Origin: Kineosporiaceae bacterium
GTDB taxonomy: Bacteria; Actinomycetota; Actinomycetes; Actinomycetales; Kineosporiaceae
NCBI GenBank assembly: GCA_046330935.1
Contig: JAXLRU010000005.1
Span: 120,096 to 184,095, forward strand
DNA length: 64,000 nt
Reading direction: 5' to 3'
Shown here: piece by piece, positions 52,143-61,882 of the stretch
Layout of the letters: each line of letters begins with the position of its first letter
Numbering within the stretch: position 1 is the first letter of the stretch
Translations under genes and position numbers: made by a program
The notes under the pieces: generated by a model
Database searches by the model: none
Told to the model about the DNA's origin: nothing
Seen by the model: only the letters and a program-made list of their open reading frames with translations

Positions 52143-54905
52143 TCAGGCCTCGCCGCCCGCGCTGCCGGTGGTGCCGGCGGTGACGTCGAGCAGGCGGTAC
52201 TTCTCGACGGCCTCCGAGGCCGCCTCGGCGCGGTACTCCCCGCGACGGCCCAGCTGCTGCAGCACGGCCGTCACGATCGACGGGCTGTCGATCAGGAAGT
52301 GGCGGCGCGCTGCGGCCCGGGTGTCGGACAGGCCGAAGCCGTCGGCACCGAGGGAGCGGAAGTCCTGCGGCACCCACTGGCGGATCTGGTCGGGAACCGC
52401 GCGCATGTAGTCGGAGACGGCCACGACCGGCCCGGGGGCCCCGGACAGGCGCTGGGTGACGTAGGGCACCGGCACCGGCTCCGTCGGGTGCGTCAGGGCC
52501 AGGTCGTCGCAGTGCAGGCCGTCGCGGCGCAGCTCGTTCCAGCTGGTGACGCTCCACACGTCGGCGGCCACGCCCCAGTCGGCGGCGAGCATCTCCTGAG
52601 CCTCCAGCGCCCAGGGCAACGAGACGCCCGAGGCGAGGATCTGGGCCCGCGGACCCGTGGCCCCCGCCTCGGCGGCACCCGGCAGGGCCGCGGCGGGGCG
52701 CAGGAGGTACATGCCCTTGAGCAGGCCGTCCACGTCGAGCCCCTCGGGCTCGGCAGGCTGGACGATCGGCTCGTTGTAGACGGTGAGGTAGTAGTACACG
52801 TTCTCGGGCGACTCGCCGTACATGCGGCGCAGGCCGTCCTTGACGATGTGGGCGATCTCGTACCCGTAGGCCGGGTCGTAGGCCACCACCGCGGGGTTGG
52901 TCGAGGCCAGCAGCGGCGAGTGCCCGTCGGCGTGCTGCAGGCCCTCGCCGGTGAGCGTCGTGCGGCCCGCGGTGGCGCCGACGACGAACCCGCGGCTCAT
53001 CTGGTCGGCCGCCGCCCACATGGCGTCGCCCGTCCGCTGGAACCCGAACATCGAGTAGAAGATGTAGACGGGGACGGTCGGCTCGCCGTGCGTGGCGTAG
53101 GACGAGCCGGCGGCGGTGAAGGCCGCCAGCGAACCCGCCTCGTTGATCCCCACGTGCAGGATCTGACCCGAGGTCGACTCCTTGTAGGCCAGCATGAGCT
53201 CGCGGTCGACCGAGGTGTACTGCTGACCGTGCGGGTTGTAGATCTTCGCCGTCGGGAAGAACGAGTCCATCCCGAAGGTGCGCGCCTCGTCGGGGATGAT
53301 CGGCACGATCCGCTTGCCGAACTCCTTGTCGCGCATGAGGTCCTTGAGCAGGCGGACGAAGGCCATCGTGGTGGCGATCGACTGCTTGCCCGAGCCCTTG
53401 CGCATGCCCTCGTAGGCCGACGCCTCGGGCAGCTTCAGCTGGTTGCCCGCGACGCGCCGCTGCGGCAGCGAGCCGCCGAGCTTGCGGCGGTGCTCGCGCA
53501 GGTACTGGATCGAGGGGTCGGCCTCGCCGGGATGGTAGTACGGCGGGGCGTAGGGGTCGGCCTCGAGCTGGGCGTCGCTGATCGGGATGCGCAGCCGGTC
53601 GCGCAGGGCCTTGAGGTCCTCCAGCGTCAGCTTCTTCATCTGGTGCGTCGCGTTGCGGCCCGCGAACGACGGCCCCAGCGACCAGCCCTTGATGGTCTTG
53701 GCGAGGATGACCGTCGGCTGCCCCGTGTGCTCGGTGGCGGCCTTGTAGGCGGCGAAGACCTTGCGGTAGTCGTGACCACCGCGGCGCAGCGACCAGATCT
53801 CGTCGTCGGTCATGTTCTCGACCAGCGCGCGGGTGCGCGGGTCCCGGCCGAAGAAGTTCTCGCGGATGAACCCGCCGTTCTCGGCGCGGAAGGTCTGGTA
53901 GTCGCCGTCCGGAGTGGCGTTCATCAGGTTGACCAGCGCGTGGTCGCGGTCGGCGGCCAGCAGCGGGTCCCACTCGCGGCCCCAGACCACCTTGATGACG
54001 TTCCAGCCCGCGCCGCGGAAGAACGCCTCCAGCTCCTGGATGATCTTGCCGTTGCCGCGGACGGGGCCGTCGAGGCGCTGCAGGTTGCAGTTCACGACGA
54101 ACGTGAGGTTGTCGAGCTCCTCGTAGGCGGCCAGCTGCAGCGCGCCGCGGCTCTCGGGCTCGTCCATCTCGCCGTCGCCGAGGAACGCCCACACCCGCTG
54201 CTGGGAGGTGTCCTTGATGCCACGCCCCTGCAGGTACTTGTTGAACTGCGCCTGGTAGATGGCGTTGATCGGACCCAGGCCCATGGAGACCGTGGGGAAC
54301 TCCCAGAAGTCGGGCATGAGCCGGGGGTGCGGGTAGGACGACAGCCCGCCGCCGGCGTGGGAGACCTCCTGGCGGAAGCCGTCCATCTGCGACTCGGTGA
54401 GGCGCCCCTCGAGGAACGCGCGGGCGTACATGCCGGGGGAGGCGTGGCCCTGGAAGAAGACCTGGTCGCCTCCGCCGGGGTGGTCCTTGCCGCGGAAGAA
54501 GTGGTTGAAGCCGACCTCGTACAGCGTGGCCGAGGAGGCGTAGGTCGAGATGTGCCCGCCGACACCGATGCCGGGCCGCTGGGCGCGGTGCACCATGACC
54601 GCGGCGTTCCAGCGCAGCCAGCGGCGGTAGGCGCGCTCGGCGTCCTCGTCGCCGGGGAACCAGGGTTCGGCCTCCGGCGGGATGGTGTTGATGTAGTCGG
54701 TCTGGGCGAGGCTCGGCACGCCCACACCGCGCTCGCGCGCCCGCTGCAGGAGGGCGAGCATGAGGTAGCGGGCCCGGACCCGGCCGCGGTGGTCGACGGC
54801 CGCGTCGAGGGAGTCCAGCCATTCGCCGGTCTCGTCGGGGTCGATGTCGGGAAGCTGGCTCGGGAGCCCGTTGAGGATGGGTCCCGCCTCCTCGCGTCCT
54901 GCCAC
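52143..54905 (-). CDS. aceE: Pyruvate dehydrogenase E1 component (homodimeric AceE type)
   Basis: ThDP motif [10 protein letters not shown]...N, transketolase-like domains, 920 aa from GTG 54905 (RBS GAGAGGAA). The track ORF has a 48-aa spurious extension. Confidence 0.9.
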   Translation of the reverse strand: MAGREEAGPILNGLPSQLPDIDPDETGEWLDSLDAAVDHRGRVRARYLMLALLQRARERGVGVPSLAQTDYINTIPPEAEPWFPGDEDAERAYRRWLRWNAAVMVHRAQRPGIGVGGHISTYASSATLYEVGFNHFFRGKDHPGGGDQVFFQGHASPGMYARAFLEGRLTESQMDGFRQEVSHAGGGLSSYPHPRLMPDFWEFPTVSMGLGPINAIYQAQFNKYLQGRGIKDTSQQRVWAFLGDGEMDEPESRGALQLAAYEELDNLTFVVNCNLQRLDGPVRGNGKIIQELEAFFRGAGWNVIKVVWGREWDPLLAADRDHALVNLMNATPDGDYQTFRAENGGFIRENFFGRDPRTRALVENMTDDEIWSLRRGGHDYRKVFAAYKAATEHTGQPTVILAKTIKGWSLGPSFAGRNATHQMKKLTLEDLKALRDRLRIPISDAQLEADPYAPPYYHPGEADPSIQYLREHRRKLGGSLPQRRVAGNQLKLPEASAYEGMRKGSGKQSIATTMAFVRLLKDLMRDKEFGKRIVPIIPDEARTFGMDSFFPTAKIYNPHGQQYTSVDRELMLAYKESTSGQILHVGINEAGSLAAFTAAGSSYATHGEPTVPVYIFYSMFGFQRTGDAMWAAADQMSRGFVVGATAGRTTLTGEGLQHADGHSPLLASTNPAVVAYDPAYGYEIAHIVKDGLRRMYGESPENVYYYLTVYNEPIVQPAEPEGLDVDGLLKGMYLLRPAAALPGAAEAGATGPRAQILASGVSLPWALEAQEMLAADWGVAADVWSVTSWNELRRDGLHCDDLALTHPTEPVPVPYVTQRLSGAPGPVVAVSDYMRAVPDQIRQWVPQDFRSLGADGFGLSDTRAAARRHFLIDSPSIVTAVLQQLGRRGEYRAEAASEAVEKYRLLDVTAGTTGSAGGEA

Positions 54906-55325
54906 GTCGCGGTTCCTCTCTTCTGCGTGCCGCTGGTGGCGGCGAGGCCTGCCTGAGGCCGACCGAGGTCGCCTCGGGTGCCGCCCGCACCTGTGGGTGG
55001 GGCGATGCGTGCCGGGTGGGGCGGCGGCGACGGGGCTGCGGCCTGGCACCCGGGTCTCGGCCGCTGGCGGCCGTCGTGGGGGCCATCCTGTCGTGAGTGA
55101 GGCCCATCGTCACATCTACCGAGCGGTAACCACCACCCGGGGTCGGCTGCGCCCCCGGATGAGGTTGACCAGCGGCGCAGGGGCGCCCAAGGTGGGCGGA
55201 AGTCGCCTGACGCGCCGCGCAACGGTTGCACGTGGCAGGCGATGTCTAGTGCACTAGCGTGACGAGTCAACCGAGGAGCCGCGCCGCAGTCGCGGCAGGG
55301 CTCCCACGACGGAGGAGGCACACGG

Positions 55326-55754
55326 GTGGGCGCGACCGCGGAGTCCGCGGCGGAGAAGTCCAAGGCCGGCCGATTCGGGCTGAAGCCCGGGCAGGTCGTC
55401 CAGGAGTTCGGCTACGACGAGGACGTCGACGGCGAGCTGCGGGCGGCGATCGAGGACGTCACCGGCAGTGAGATCGTCGACGAGGACGGCCAGGACGTCG
55501 TCGACGCCGTCCTCCTGTGGTGGCGTGACGGGGACGGCGATCTCGTCGACGCCCTGGTCGACGCCCTGACCAACCTCGCCGACGGCGGGGTGATCTGGCT
55601 CCTGACGCCGAAGTCGGGCCGCGACGGGCACGTGGAGCCCAGTGACATCGAGGACGCGGCCCCCACGGCGGGCCTGCATGCGACCTCGACGATCAGCGCC
55701 TGCGCGGAGTGGACGGGCACGCGCCTGGCGAGCCCCCGCAGCGGCCGTCGCTGA
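55326..55754 (+). CDS. DUF3052 domain protein (Rv2239c-like)
   Basis: Conserved synteny between aceE and ahpE. Acidic 142-aa protein. Confidence 0.6.
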   Translation: MGATAESAAEKSKAGRFGLKPGQVVQEFGYDEDVDGELRAAIEDVTGSEIVDEDGQDVVDAVLLWWRDGDGDLVDALVDALTNLADGGVIWLLTPKSGRDGHVEPSDIEDAAPTAGLHATSTISACAEWTGTRLASPRSGRR

Positions 55755-55809
55755 GTAGTGTGATCTTCGTCACGTCCCATCACGTCCCGTCGCCACCCCC
55801 GGAGGACTC

Positions 55810-56280
55810 GTGACCGTGCCCCCCGTCGGCTCGCCGGCGCCCGGGTTCACCCTGCCCGACCAGGACGGCAACGCCGTGTCGCTGTCGTCCTTCGCGGGCG
55901 GTGCGGGGGTGGCCCTCGTGTTCTACCCCTTCGCCTTCTCGGGGATCTGCACGGCGGAGCTGTGCGCGCTGCGCGACGACCCGGCCGTGTTCGGGGATGC
56001 GGGGGTCGAGGTGCTGGCGATCTCGTGCGACCCGCGCTGGAGCCTCAAGGCCTACGCGCAGGCTCAGGGGTACGCGTTCCGGCTGCTGAGCGACTTCTGG
56101 CCGCACGGCGAGGTCGCCTCCGCCTACGGGGTCTTCGACCCCGACGCGGGGCGGGCGCAACGCGGTACCTTCCTGGTGGACTCCGAGGGGACGATCCGCT
56201 GGAGCGTCGTCAACCCGCCCGGGCAGGCGCGAGCCCTCGAGGAGTACCGCGCGGCCGTCGCCGAGCTCGTCGGCGGCTGA
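55810..56280 (+). CDS. ahpE: Peroxiredoxin (AhpE-like 1-Cys Prx)
   Basis: Peroxidatic Cys in FYPFAFSGICTAEL. Thioredoxin fold. 156 aa. Confidence 0.8.
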   Translation: MTVPPVGSPAPGFTLPDQDGNAVSLSSFAGGAGVALVFYPFAFSGICTAELCALRDDPAVFGDAGVEVLAISCDPRWSLKAYAQAQGYAFRLLSDFWPHGEVASAYGVFDPDAGRAQRGTFLVDSEGTIRWSVVNPPGQARALEEYRAAVAELVGG

Positions 56281-56285
56281 TCCGC

Positions 56286-56358
56286 GGGCCTGTAGCTCAG
56301 TTGGTAGAGCACCGCGCTTACACCGCGGCTGTCGTCGGTTCGAGTCCGGCCGGGCCCA
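56286..56358 (+). tRNA. tRNA-Val (anticodon TAC)
   Basis: Acceptor GGGCCTG/CGGGCCC, D-arm GCTC AGTTGGTA GAGC, anticodon stem-loop CCGCG CTTACAC CGCGG, T-arm GTCGG TTCGAGT CCGGC. Confidence 0.9.
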
Positions 56359-56479
56359 CTGCCGCCTCACCGCGCCGCGTCGGCGCGGCCTGACGGCGAC
56401 GTCCCTCCCCTCACGTGCCGCAGTTGTGGCCCGGGCCAGGCCCGGACCACCCCTGCGGCGCGTCGGTACCTCCCCAGGA

Positions 56480-58687
56480 TCAGCGCAGGGTGCAGCTCAG
56501 CCGCGAGGGTGAGGCCGCGCCGGCCACGACGACCGGAACCGCCGCCGACGCGCCTGCCGCGATCGGCGTCGTCGCGGTCAGCGTCACGCCCGGAGCCGCC
56601 GTCACCGCCAGGGTGCCCGCCTGCGTCACGTCGGTGCCCTCGGGCATCCCGACCGACCAGCCCGTCGCTGCCGCCGTTGCCGTGAGGGTGAGGACGCCCG
56701 CCGAACCGGAGCCCCACGCCGAGGTGAGGCGGTAGGTCACGGTGCAGCCGGGCCCCTCCCCGACGACGAGGGCGGCAGCGGGAGCCAGGGCCCGCGGGCG
56801 GGTGGTCTTCTTCTTCGTGGTCTTCTTCTTCGTGGTCTTCTTCTTGGTCGTCTTCTTCTTCGTGGTCTTCTTGGTGGGCTTCTTCGTGGTGCCGGGCTTG
56901 CTGGTGACCGGCTTCGAGGTGACCGGCTTCGTCGTCACGGGGGGAGTCGTGCCCGGCGCCGACGTCGTCGGCTTGGGGGAGGTGCCCGGCGTCGTCTGCG
57001 TGGGGGTGGGGGTGGTGGCCCCGCCCCAGCCGGCCGCGGAGTCGAGCCAGGAGGCCCGGGCGTGCATCCAGGTGGACAGCGCCGAGACCTGCCCCTGCCA
57101 GGTGGGTTCCGTGGACGTCTGGAAGAAGCCGATCGTGGCCTGGGACAGGTTGGGCCACTGCGTGAAGTTGCGCCCCGCCGCGTTCACCAGCGGAGCCGTC
57201 AGCGCCGCGACCTTCGCGTCGAGCGCGGCATCGGACAGCACGCCGCGGCGCAGCTCCTGCCAGCGCGCCCGCACCTGGTTGGCAAAGGCGGGGTCGGCCA
57301 TCAGCAGCGGGATCCAGTCGGTGGCCATGGGGGTGCGCTGGGAGATCTGCTGGTACTGCCAGCCCGAGGTCTGGTTGTTGCCGAAGAACCCGCCGACGCC
57401 GAAGGTCAGGTCGTAGTCCCAGCCCGGCCCGGAGGTGAGCAGGCCGCCGCGGTCCTTGGAGAAGTAGGCGCTGCGGACGTAGGCGTCCATGTCGCGGCTG
57501 AGCTCGTTGAGGACGACCGTGTCGACGAAGGAGCCCACATCGATGAACGCGCGGTACCCGGTGGCGGGGTCGCCGATGTCGGGCTGGTGCAGCCGGGCGT
57601 GGAACCGGGTGAGGTAGTCCCGGATGTAGGCGAGCTGCTCGGGTGCCGCGTCGTCGGGGTCGGCCAGCTCGACGTAGGTGAAGCAGGGGGAGACCCCGGA
57701 GCAGGTGATCAGCGTGCCGTCGGCCGCCATCCACTCGACCTTCACGATGTAGCCGCCCTCGACGTCGGGGGCCTGCAGGTCGGTCGACTTGAGCTTCTTG
57801 AGGTTCAGCCGGTCCTTCTGGTTCTTGATCGTCTCCATCATCATGTAGACGCCCCGGTAGTCCTCGGGTCCGACCGTCCCGTCGGCCACGTTGAGGTACA
57901 GCTCCACGAACCGGTAGCGCGGGGCGTAGCGGCCCATGTCCCGGGCGAGGTCGAACATCAGGGCGTTGCGGATGAGCGACTTGTCGGTGAAGGGCCCGCG
58001 CAGCACCCAGTCGGACTCGGCCGGCATCCCGAGGACGGGCAGGTCGACGTCGTCGTCGAGGTTGTCCCGCAGCTCGACCTTGTACTGCGCCTTGTCGAAC
58101 GTGGCCGAGGACTGCCCCCGCAGGTGGAAGCCGACGCGCGAGGTGAGGGTCGGGCGCCCCGACGGCGTCACCGTGCCGGTGCCCTCGAACGTCATCAGGG
58201 CGGCGTCCAGGTAGGGGTCCTTCGCCGGTTTGCCCTTGCCGAAGTCGTCGAGGACCACGACCGGCAGGTCGTGCTGCTGCGTGACGGCCTGCTTGAGGTA
58301 GAACGCCGAGGACGGGGCGCCCACCGGCGTGGACCCCGAGAACGCCTGGGCGCGCAGGCGGGTGCTCGTCGTCACGGTCAGGGCGCCCGACGCGGCCGGC
58401 GAGGAGGCCGAGGGCAGGCTCCCGTCGGTGGTGTAGCGGACGCTCGCCCCGGCCTGGGTCGTCGTCAGCGAGACCTGCAGGGACCCCGAGAACGTCTGAC
58501 TCGGCACCGAGAACGCGACGTCCCCGAGCATCGGGTCGGTCTCGGCCGCCTTCGCGGGCGACACGCGCTGCGCGGTGGCGGCGGCTCCACCCGTTGCCTC
58601 GGCGGGGACGAGCACCGTGGCCGACAGCGGCAGGGCGAGCGCGAGACCGACCGCGAGGAGGGCGGGACGCGTGCGGCGCAGGGACAT
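56480..58687 (-). CDS. Secreted CotH kinase-family protein: signal peptide - chitobiase/Fn3-like N-domain - CotH domain - Thr/Pro then (KKKTT)n linker - CBM2-like domain (copy 1)
   Basis: Signal peptide MSLRRTRPALLAVGLALALPLSA. CotH core (WVLRGPFTDKSLIRNALMFDLARDMGRYAPRYRFVELYLN...YRGVYMMMETIKNQ). C-terminal CxxxY...W...W...C CBM2-like module. Confidence 0.75.
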   Translation of the reverse strand: MSLRRTRPALLAVGLALALPLSATVLVPAEATGGAAATAQRVSPAKAAETDPMLGDVAFSVPSQTFSGSLQVSLTTTQAGASVRYTTDGSLPSASSPAASGALTVTTSTRLRAQAFSGSTPVGAPSSAFYLKQAVTQQHDLPVVVLDDFGKGKPAKDPYLDAALMTFEGTGTVTPSGRPTLTSRVGFHLRGQSSATFDKAQYKVELRDNLDDDVDLPVLGMPAESDWVLRGPFTDKSLIRNALMFDLARDMGRYAPRYRFVELYLNVADGTVGPEDYRGVYMMMETIKNQKDRLNLKKLKSTDLQAPDVEGGYIVKVEWMAADGTLITCSGVSPCFTYVELADPDDAAPEQLAYIRDYLTRFHARLHQPDIGDPATGYRAFIDVGSFVDTVVLNELSRDMDAYVRSAYFSKDRGGLLTSGPGWDYDLTFGVGGFFGNNQTSGWQYQQISQRTPMATDWIPLLMADPAFANQVRARWQELRRGVLSDAALDAKVAALTAPLVNAAGRNFTQWPNLSQATIGFFQTSTEPTWQGQVSALSTWMHARASWLDSAAGWGGATTPTPTQTTPGTSPKPTTSAPGTTPPVTTKPVTSKPVTSKPGTTKKPTKKTTKKKTTKKKTTKKKTTKKKTTRPRALAPAAALVVGEGPGCTVTYRLTSAWGSGSAGVLTLTATAAATGWSVGMPEGTDVTQAGTLAVTAAPGVTLTATTPIAAGASAAVPVVVAGAASPSRLSCTLR

Positions 58688-58777
58688 CGGAGGTCCTTTC
58701 CGGCGGCCCCGTCGCCGCCATCGGCGAGGGAGCGCGCTCATGCAGGGGAGCGGAGGGATCGCCGTGGTGCTCGCCGG

Positions 58778-60985
58778 TCAGTTCAGGCGGCACCCGATGC
58801 CGTCGGGCGGGCCGGGCTCACCCGAGACGAGCGAGATCGTGACGCTGTCGCCGGCCGCGAGTCCGGGGCCGGCCGCGGGTGACCTCAACGTCAGCGCCGG
58901 GGTCCGGGCCACGTCCGCCCCCGACACCTGGGTGACGTCGCTGCCATCGGGGAGGACGACGGCCCACCCCGACGCGGGCGCGTCGGCGGTCAGCGTCACC
59001 AGGGCCTGGGAGCCCGACGGCCACGCCGACACCAGGCGGTAGCTCACGGTGCACCCGGGTCCGCTCCCGAGCAGGCTCGCGGGGACCGCCGCCGCCCGGG
59101 TGGTCTTCTTGCGGGTCGTCTTCCTCGTGGTGGTCTTCTTGCGCGTCGACTTCTTCCGGGTGGTCTTCTTCTTGCTGGTCGACTTCCTGGTCGTGGGCTT
59201 CTTCGAGGTGACCGGCTTGGTCGTCGTCGGCGGCGTGCTCGTGGGGGGCTTCGTGGTCGTGCCCGGGGTGGTCCGGGTCGGCGTCGGCGTGGTGGCCCCG
59301 CCCCAGCCGGCCGTGGAGTCCAGCCAGGCGGCGCGCTGGTGCATCCAGGTCTTCATGACGCCGACCTGGCCCTGCCACGTCGGCTCCGTCGACGTCTTGA
59401 AGCGGTAGATGCCGAGGACGGGCGTCGTGAGGTAGTCCCAGCGCTGGAAGTTGCGTCCCGCGGCGTTCGCCAGCGGCGCGGTGATCGAGGCCACCTTCGC
59501 GTCCAGCGCGGCGTCCGACAGCGGGCCGCGGCGCAGTTCCTGCCAGCGTGCCCGCACCTGGTTGGCGAAGGCGGGGTCGGCCATGAGCACCGGGAACCAG
59601 TCGGCGGCGACAGGCTGGTGCGCGGCGACCTGGTCGTACTGCCAGCCGGAGATCTGGTCGTTGCTGTAGGTCCCGCCGGTGGAGAACGTGAGGTCCCAGT
59701 CCCAGCCGGGCCCGGACGTGATCAGGCCGCCGCGGTCCTTGGAGAAGTAGGCGCTGCGGACGTAGGCGTCCTGGTTGCGGCTGAATTCCTCGAGGATCAC
59801 CGTGTCGACGAAGGAGCCGACGTCGATCCACGAGGGGTAGCCGTTGGTCGGGTCGGCGATGTTCGTCCCGTGCAGGCGCGCGTGGAACCGCGAGAGATGG
59901 TCGCTGATCCAGGCGAGCTGGGCCGGGACGGCGTCATCGGGGTCGTACAGCTCGACGTCGTTGAAGCAGGGCGTGGTCCCGGTGCAGCTGATGATCGGCT
60001 GTTCCGCCGCCCGCCACTCGACCTTGAAGATGTACCCGCCCTCGATCGCCGGGGCGGTGACGTCGTCCTCCTTCAGCTTCTTCAGGTCGAGTCGGTCCTT
60101 CTGGTTCTTGATCGTCTCCATCATCATGTAGACGCCCACGTAGTCCTCGGGCCCGACCACGCCGTCCCCGGTGTTCAGGTACAGCTCGACGAACCGGTAC
60201 CGCGGCGCGTACCGGCCCAGGTCCCGGGCCAGGTCGAACATGAGGGCGTTGCGCACCAGCGACTTGTCGGCGTAGGGGCCGCGCAGCACCCAGTCGGATT
60301 CGGCGGGCATCCCGAGCACGGGCAGGTCGACGTCGTCGTCGGCGTTGTCGCGCAGCTCGAGGCGGTACTGGGGCTTGTCGAACATCGACGAGGACTGCCC
60401 GCGCAGCTTGAACCCCGCTCGCGTGGTGAGGGTGGGCACCCCCGAGGGCGTCACGGTGCCCGCACCTTCGAAGACCATCAGCGCGGCGTCGACGTAGGAC
60501 TGCTTGGTCGGCTTGCCCTTGCCGAAGTCGTCCATCACGACCACCGGCAGGTCGTGCTGCTGGGTCACGGCCTGGCGCAGGTAGAACGCCGAGGACGGCG
60601 CACCGGCTGCCGTGCTGCCCGCAAAGGCCTGCGCCCGCAGGCGGGTCGTGGCCGTGAGGGTGAGCGCGCCGGTGGCGGCGGGCGAGGACGCCGTGGGGGC
60701 GCTCCCGTCGGTCGTGTACCGGACGGTGGCTCCCGCCTGCGTCGTCGAGAGGGTCACCTGCAGCGAGCCGGTGAACGTCTGGCTCGGCACGGAGAAGGCG
60801 ACGTCCCCCAGCATCGGGTCTTCCTCGGCCTCCTTGGCGGGCGACGCCTGGCCGTCGGGGGCGGTCACGGCCGCGCGAGCGTTACCGCCGACGGCCTCGG
60901 CGGGGACCAGGACGACCGCGGACAGGGGCAGCGCCAGTGCGAGGCCGACCGCGAGGAGGGCAGGGCGGGTGCGGCGCAGCGACAT
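58778..60985 (-). CDS. Secreted CotH kinase-family protein with K-rich linker and CBM2-like C-terminus (copy 2, tandem paralogue)
   Basis: Near-identical signal peptide and CotH core to copy 1, roughly 75% identity by eye. More divergent linker/CBM. RBS-ATG at 60985. Confidence 0.75.
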   Translation of the reverse strand: MSLRRTRPALLAVGLALALPLSAVVLVPAEAVGGNARAAVTAPDGQASPAKEAEEDPMLGDVAFSVPSQTFTGSLQVTLSTTQAGATVRYTTDGSAPTASSPAATGALTLTATTRLRAQAFAGSTAAGAPSSAFYLRQAVTQQHDLPVVVMDDFGKGKPTKQSYVDAALMVFEGAGTVTPSGVPTLTTRAGFKLRGQSSSMFDKPQYRLELRDNADDDVDLPVLGMPAESDWVLRGPYADKSLVRNALMFDLARDLGRYAPRYRFVELYLNTGDGVVGPEDYVGVYMMMETIKNQKDRLDLKKLKEDDVTAPAIEGGYIFKVEWRAAEQPIISCTGTTPCFNDVELYDPDDAVPAQLAWISDHLSRFHARLHGTNIADPTNGYPSWIDVGSFVDTVILEEFSRNQDAYVRSAYFSKDRGGLITSGPGWDWDLTFSTGGTYSNDQISGWQYDQVAAHQPVAADWFPVLMADPAFANQVRARWQELRRGPLSDAALDAKVASITAPLANAAGRNFQRWDYLTTPVLGIYRFKTSTEPTWQGQVGVMKTWMHQRAAWLDSTAGWGGATTPTPTRTTPGTTTKPPTSTPPTTTKPVTSKKPTTRKSTSKKKTTRKKSTRKKTTTRKTTRKKTTRAAAVPASLLGSGPGCTVSYRLVSAWPSGSQALVTLTADAPASGWAVVLPDGSDVTQVSGADVARTPALTLRSPAAGPGLAAGDSVTISLVSGEPGPPDGIGCRLN

Positions 60986-61087
60986 GGGTGTGTCCTTTCC
61001 GGCGGCTTCGCTGCCGTCGGGTCGCAGGGTGCTCGGGCGGGGCGGGAGGACCTCGGGTGGGGCGGGCAAGGAGCTTGGATCGACGCC

Positions 61088-61882
61088 TCAGGGGATGGCG
61101 AAGTGACGCCGCAGGGTCCGGCGCCAGGGGGCGTTCGGCAGGTCGGGACGCAGCGCCGCCAGGCCGGTGGCGTACTTGGAGATGCGGGTCGGCCGCACCC
61201 CGTGGGCCCACAGCAGCCGGTCGACGGGGGAGGCGCCGCCCGCGGACTTGGTCTCCACCACGGCGAGGAACGGCGCCCTCGCGGTGCCGGCGCTGCACCG
61301 CCACGTCAGGTCGGTGTCGACGGTGAGGCGGCTGTCGCACTCCTCGACGAGGAGCGTGGTGCGCCGGTAGGTGCCGAACATGACCGGCTGCAGGCTGGCG
61401 GCGCAGGGGCAGATGCCGTGGTCGGCCAGCGTGCCGTCGACGAAGTCGTGCGCCCCCTCCAGCATGTAGCGGTCGGTCAGGGGGTGCGGTTGGCGGGTCT
61501 TGACCGTGGCGCCCCGGGGGCCGCGGGTCTTGACCTCCAGCCAGCACTGGCCGGCGTCGAGGTAGCTGCGCGTGCGGACCTTGAACCGGCGGCGACGACG
61601 GGTGGCCGCCAGGCGGTACCCGAGGAAGTCCTCCGTGTCGAAGTACACCGATTCGTACGTGAAGGACCGCAAAGCGTCGATCTGCAGGACGCGCAGGTCG
61701 AGCTTCGCGCCCGACAGGACGGCGGCGGCCTGGTCGACGGTCAGGACGTACTTGCGGTCGATCCGGGTCTGCAGGGCCGCCCGCTCGTTGAGCTGGTCGA
61801 GGCCGACCGCGGGCAGTCCCGCGGCCCAGTCGGCGAGGGTCAGGCCCCAGACCGGGGCGATGGACGTCGTGATCGTGCTCAC
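61088..61882 (-). CDS. VTC-domain (CYTH-like polyphosphate polymerase domain) protein
   Basis: The N-terminal pattern RIDRKYVLTVDQ...LRVLQIDALRSFTYESVYFDTEDF matches the E-x-K-Y...Y-x-S-x-Y-F-D opening of VTC/CYTH tunnel domains. GTG start overlaps the DUF4956 stop (GTGA). Confidence 0.65.
   Translation of the reverse strand: MSTITTSIAPVWGLTLADWAAGLPAVGLDQLNERAALQTRIDRKYVLTVDQAAAVLSGAKLDLRVLQIDALRSFTYESVYFDTEDFLGYRLAATRRRRRFKVRTRSYLDAGQCWLEVKTRGPRGATVKTRQPHPLTDRYMLEGAHDFVDGTLADHGICPCAASLQPVMFGTYRRTTLLVEECDSRLTVDTDLTWRCSAGTARAPFLAVVETKSAGGASPVDRLLWAHGVRPTRISKYATGLAALRPDLPNAPWRRTLRRHFAIP

Noticed and set aside
56368-56387. GC hairpin CCGCGCCG-CGT-CGGCGCGG after tRNA-Val, downstream of CotH-1 on the minus strand.
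   Set aside because: There is no U-tract on either strand, so it cannot be called a terminator with confidence.
56806-56895. Short tandem 15-bp repeats (AAGAAGAAGACCACG)x4 that could superficially look like a repeat array.
   Set aside because: They are in-frame coding repeats that specify the KKKTT linker of CotH-1. They are not CRISPR-like: there are no spacers and no cas genes.
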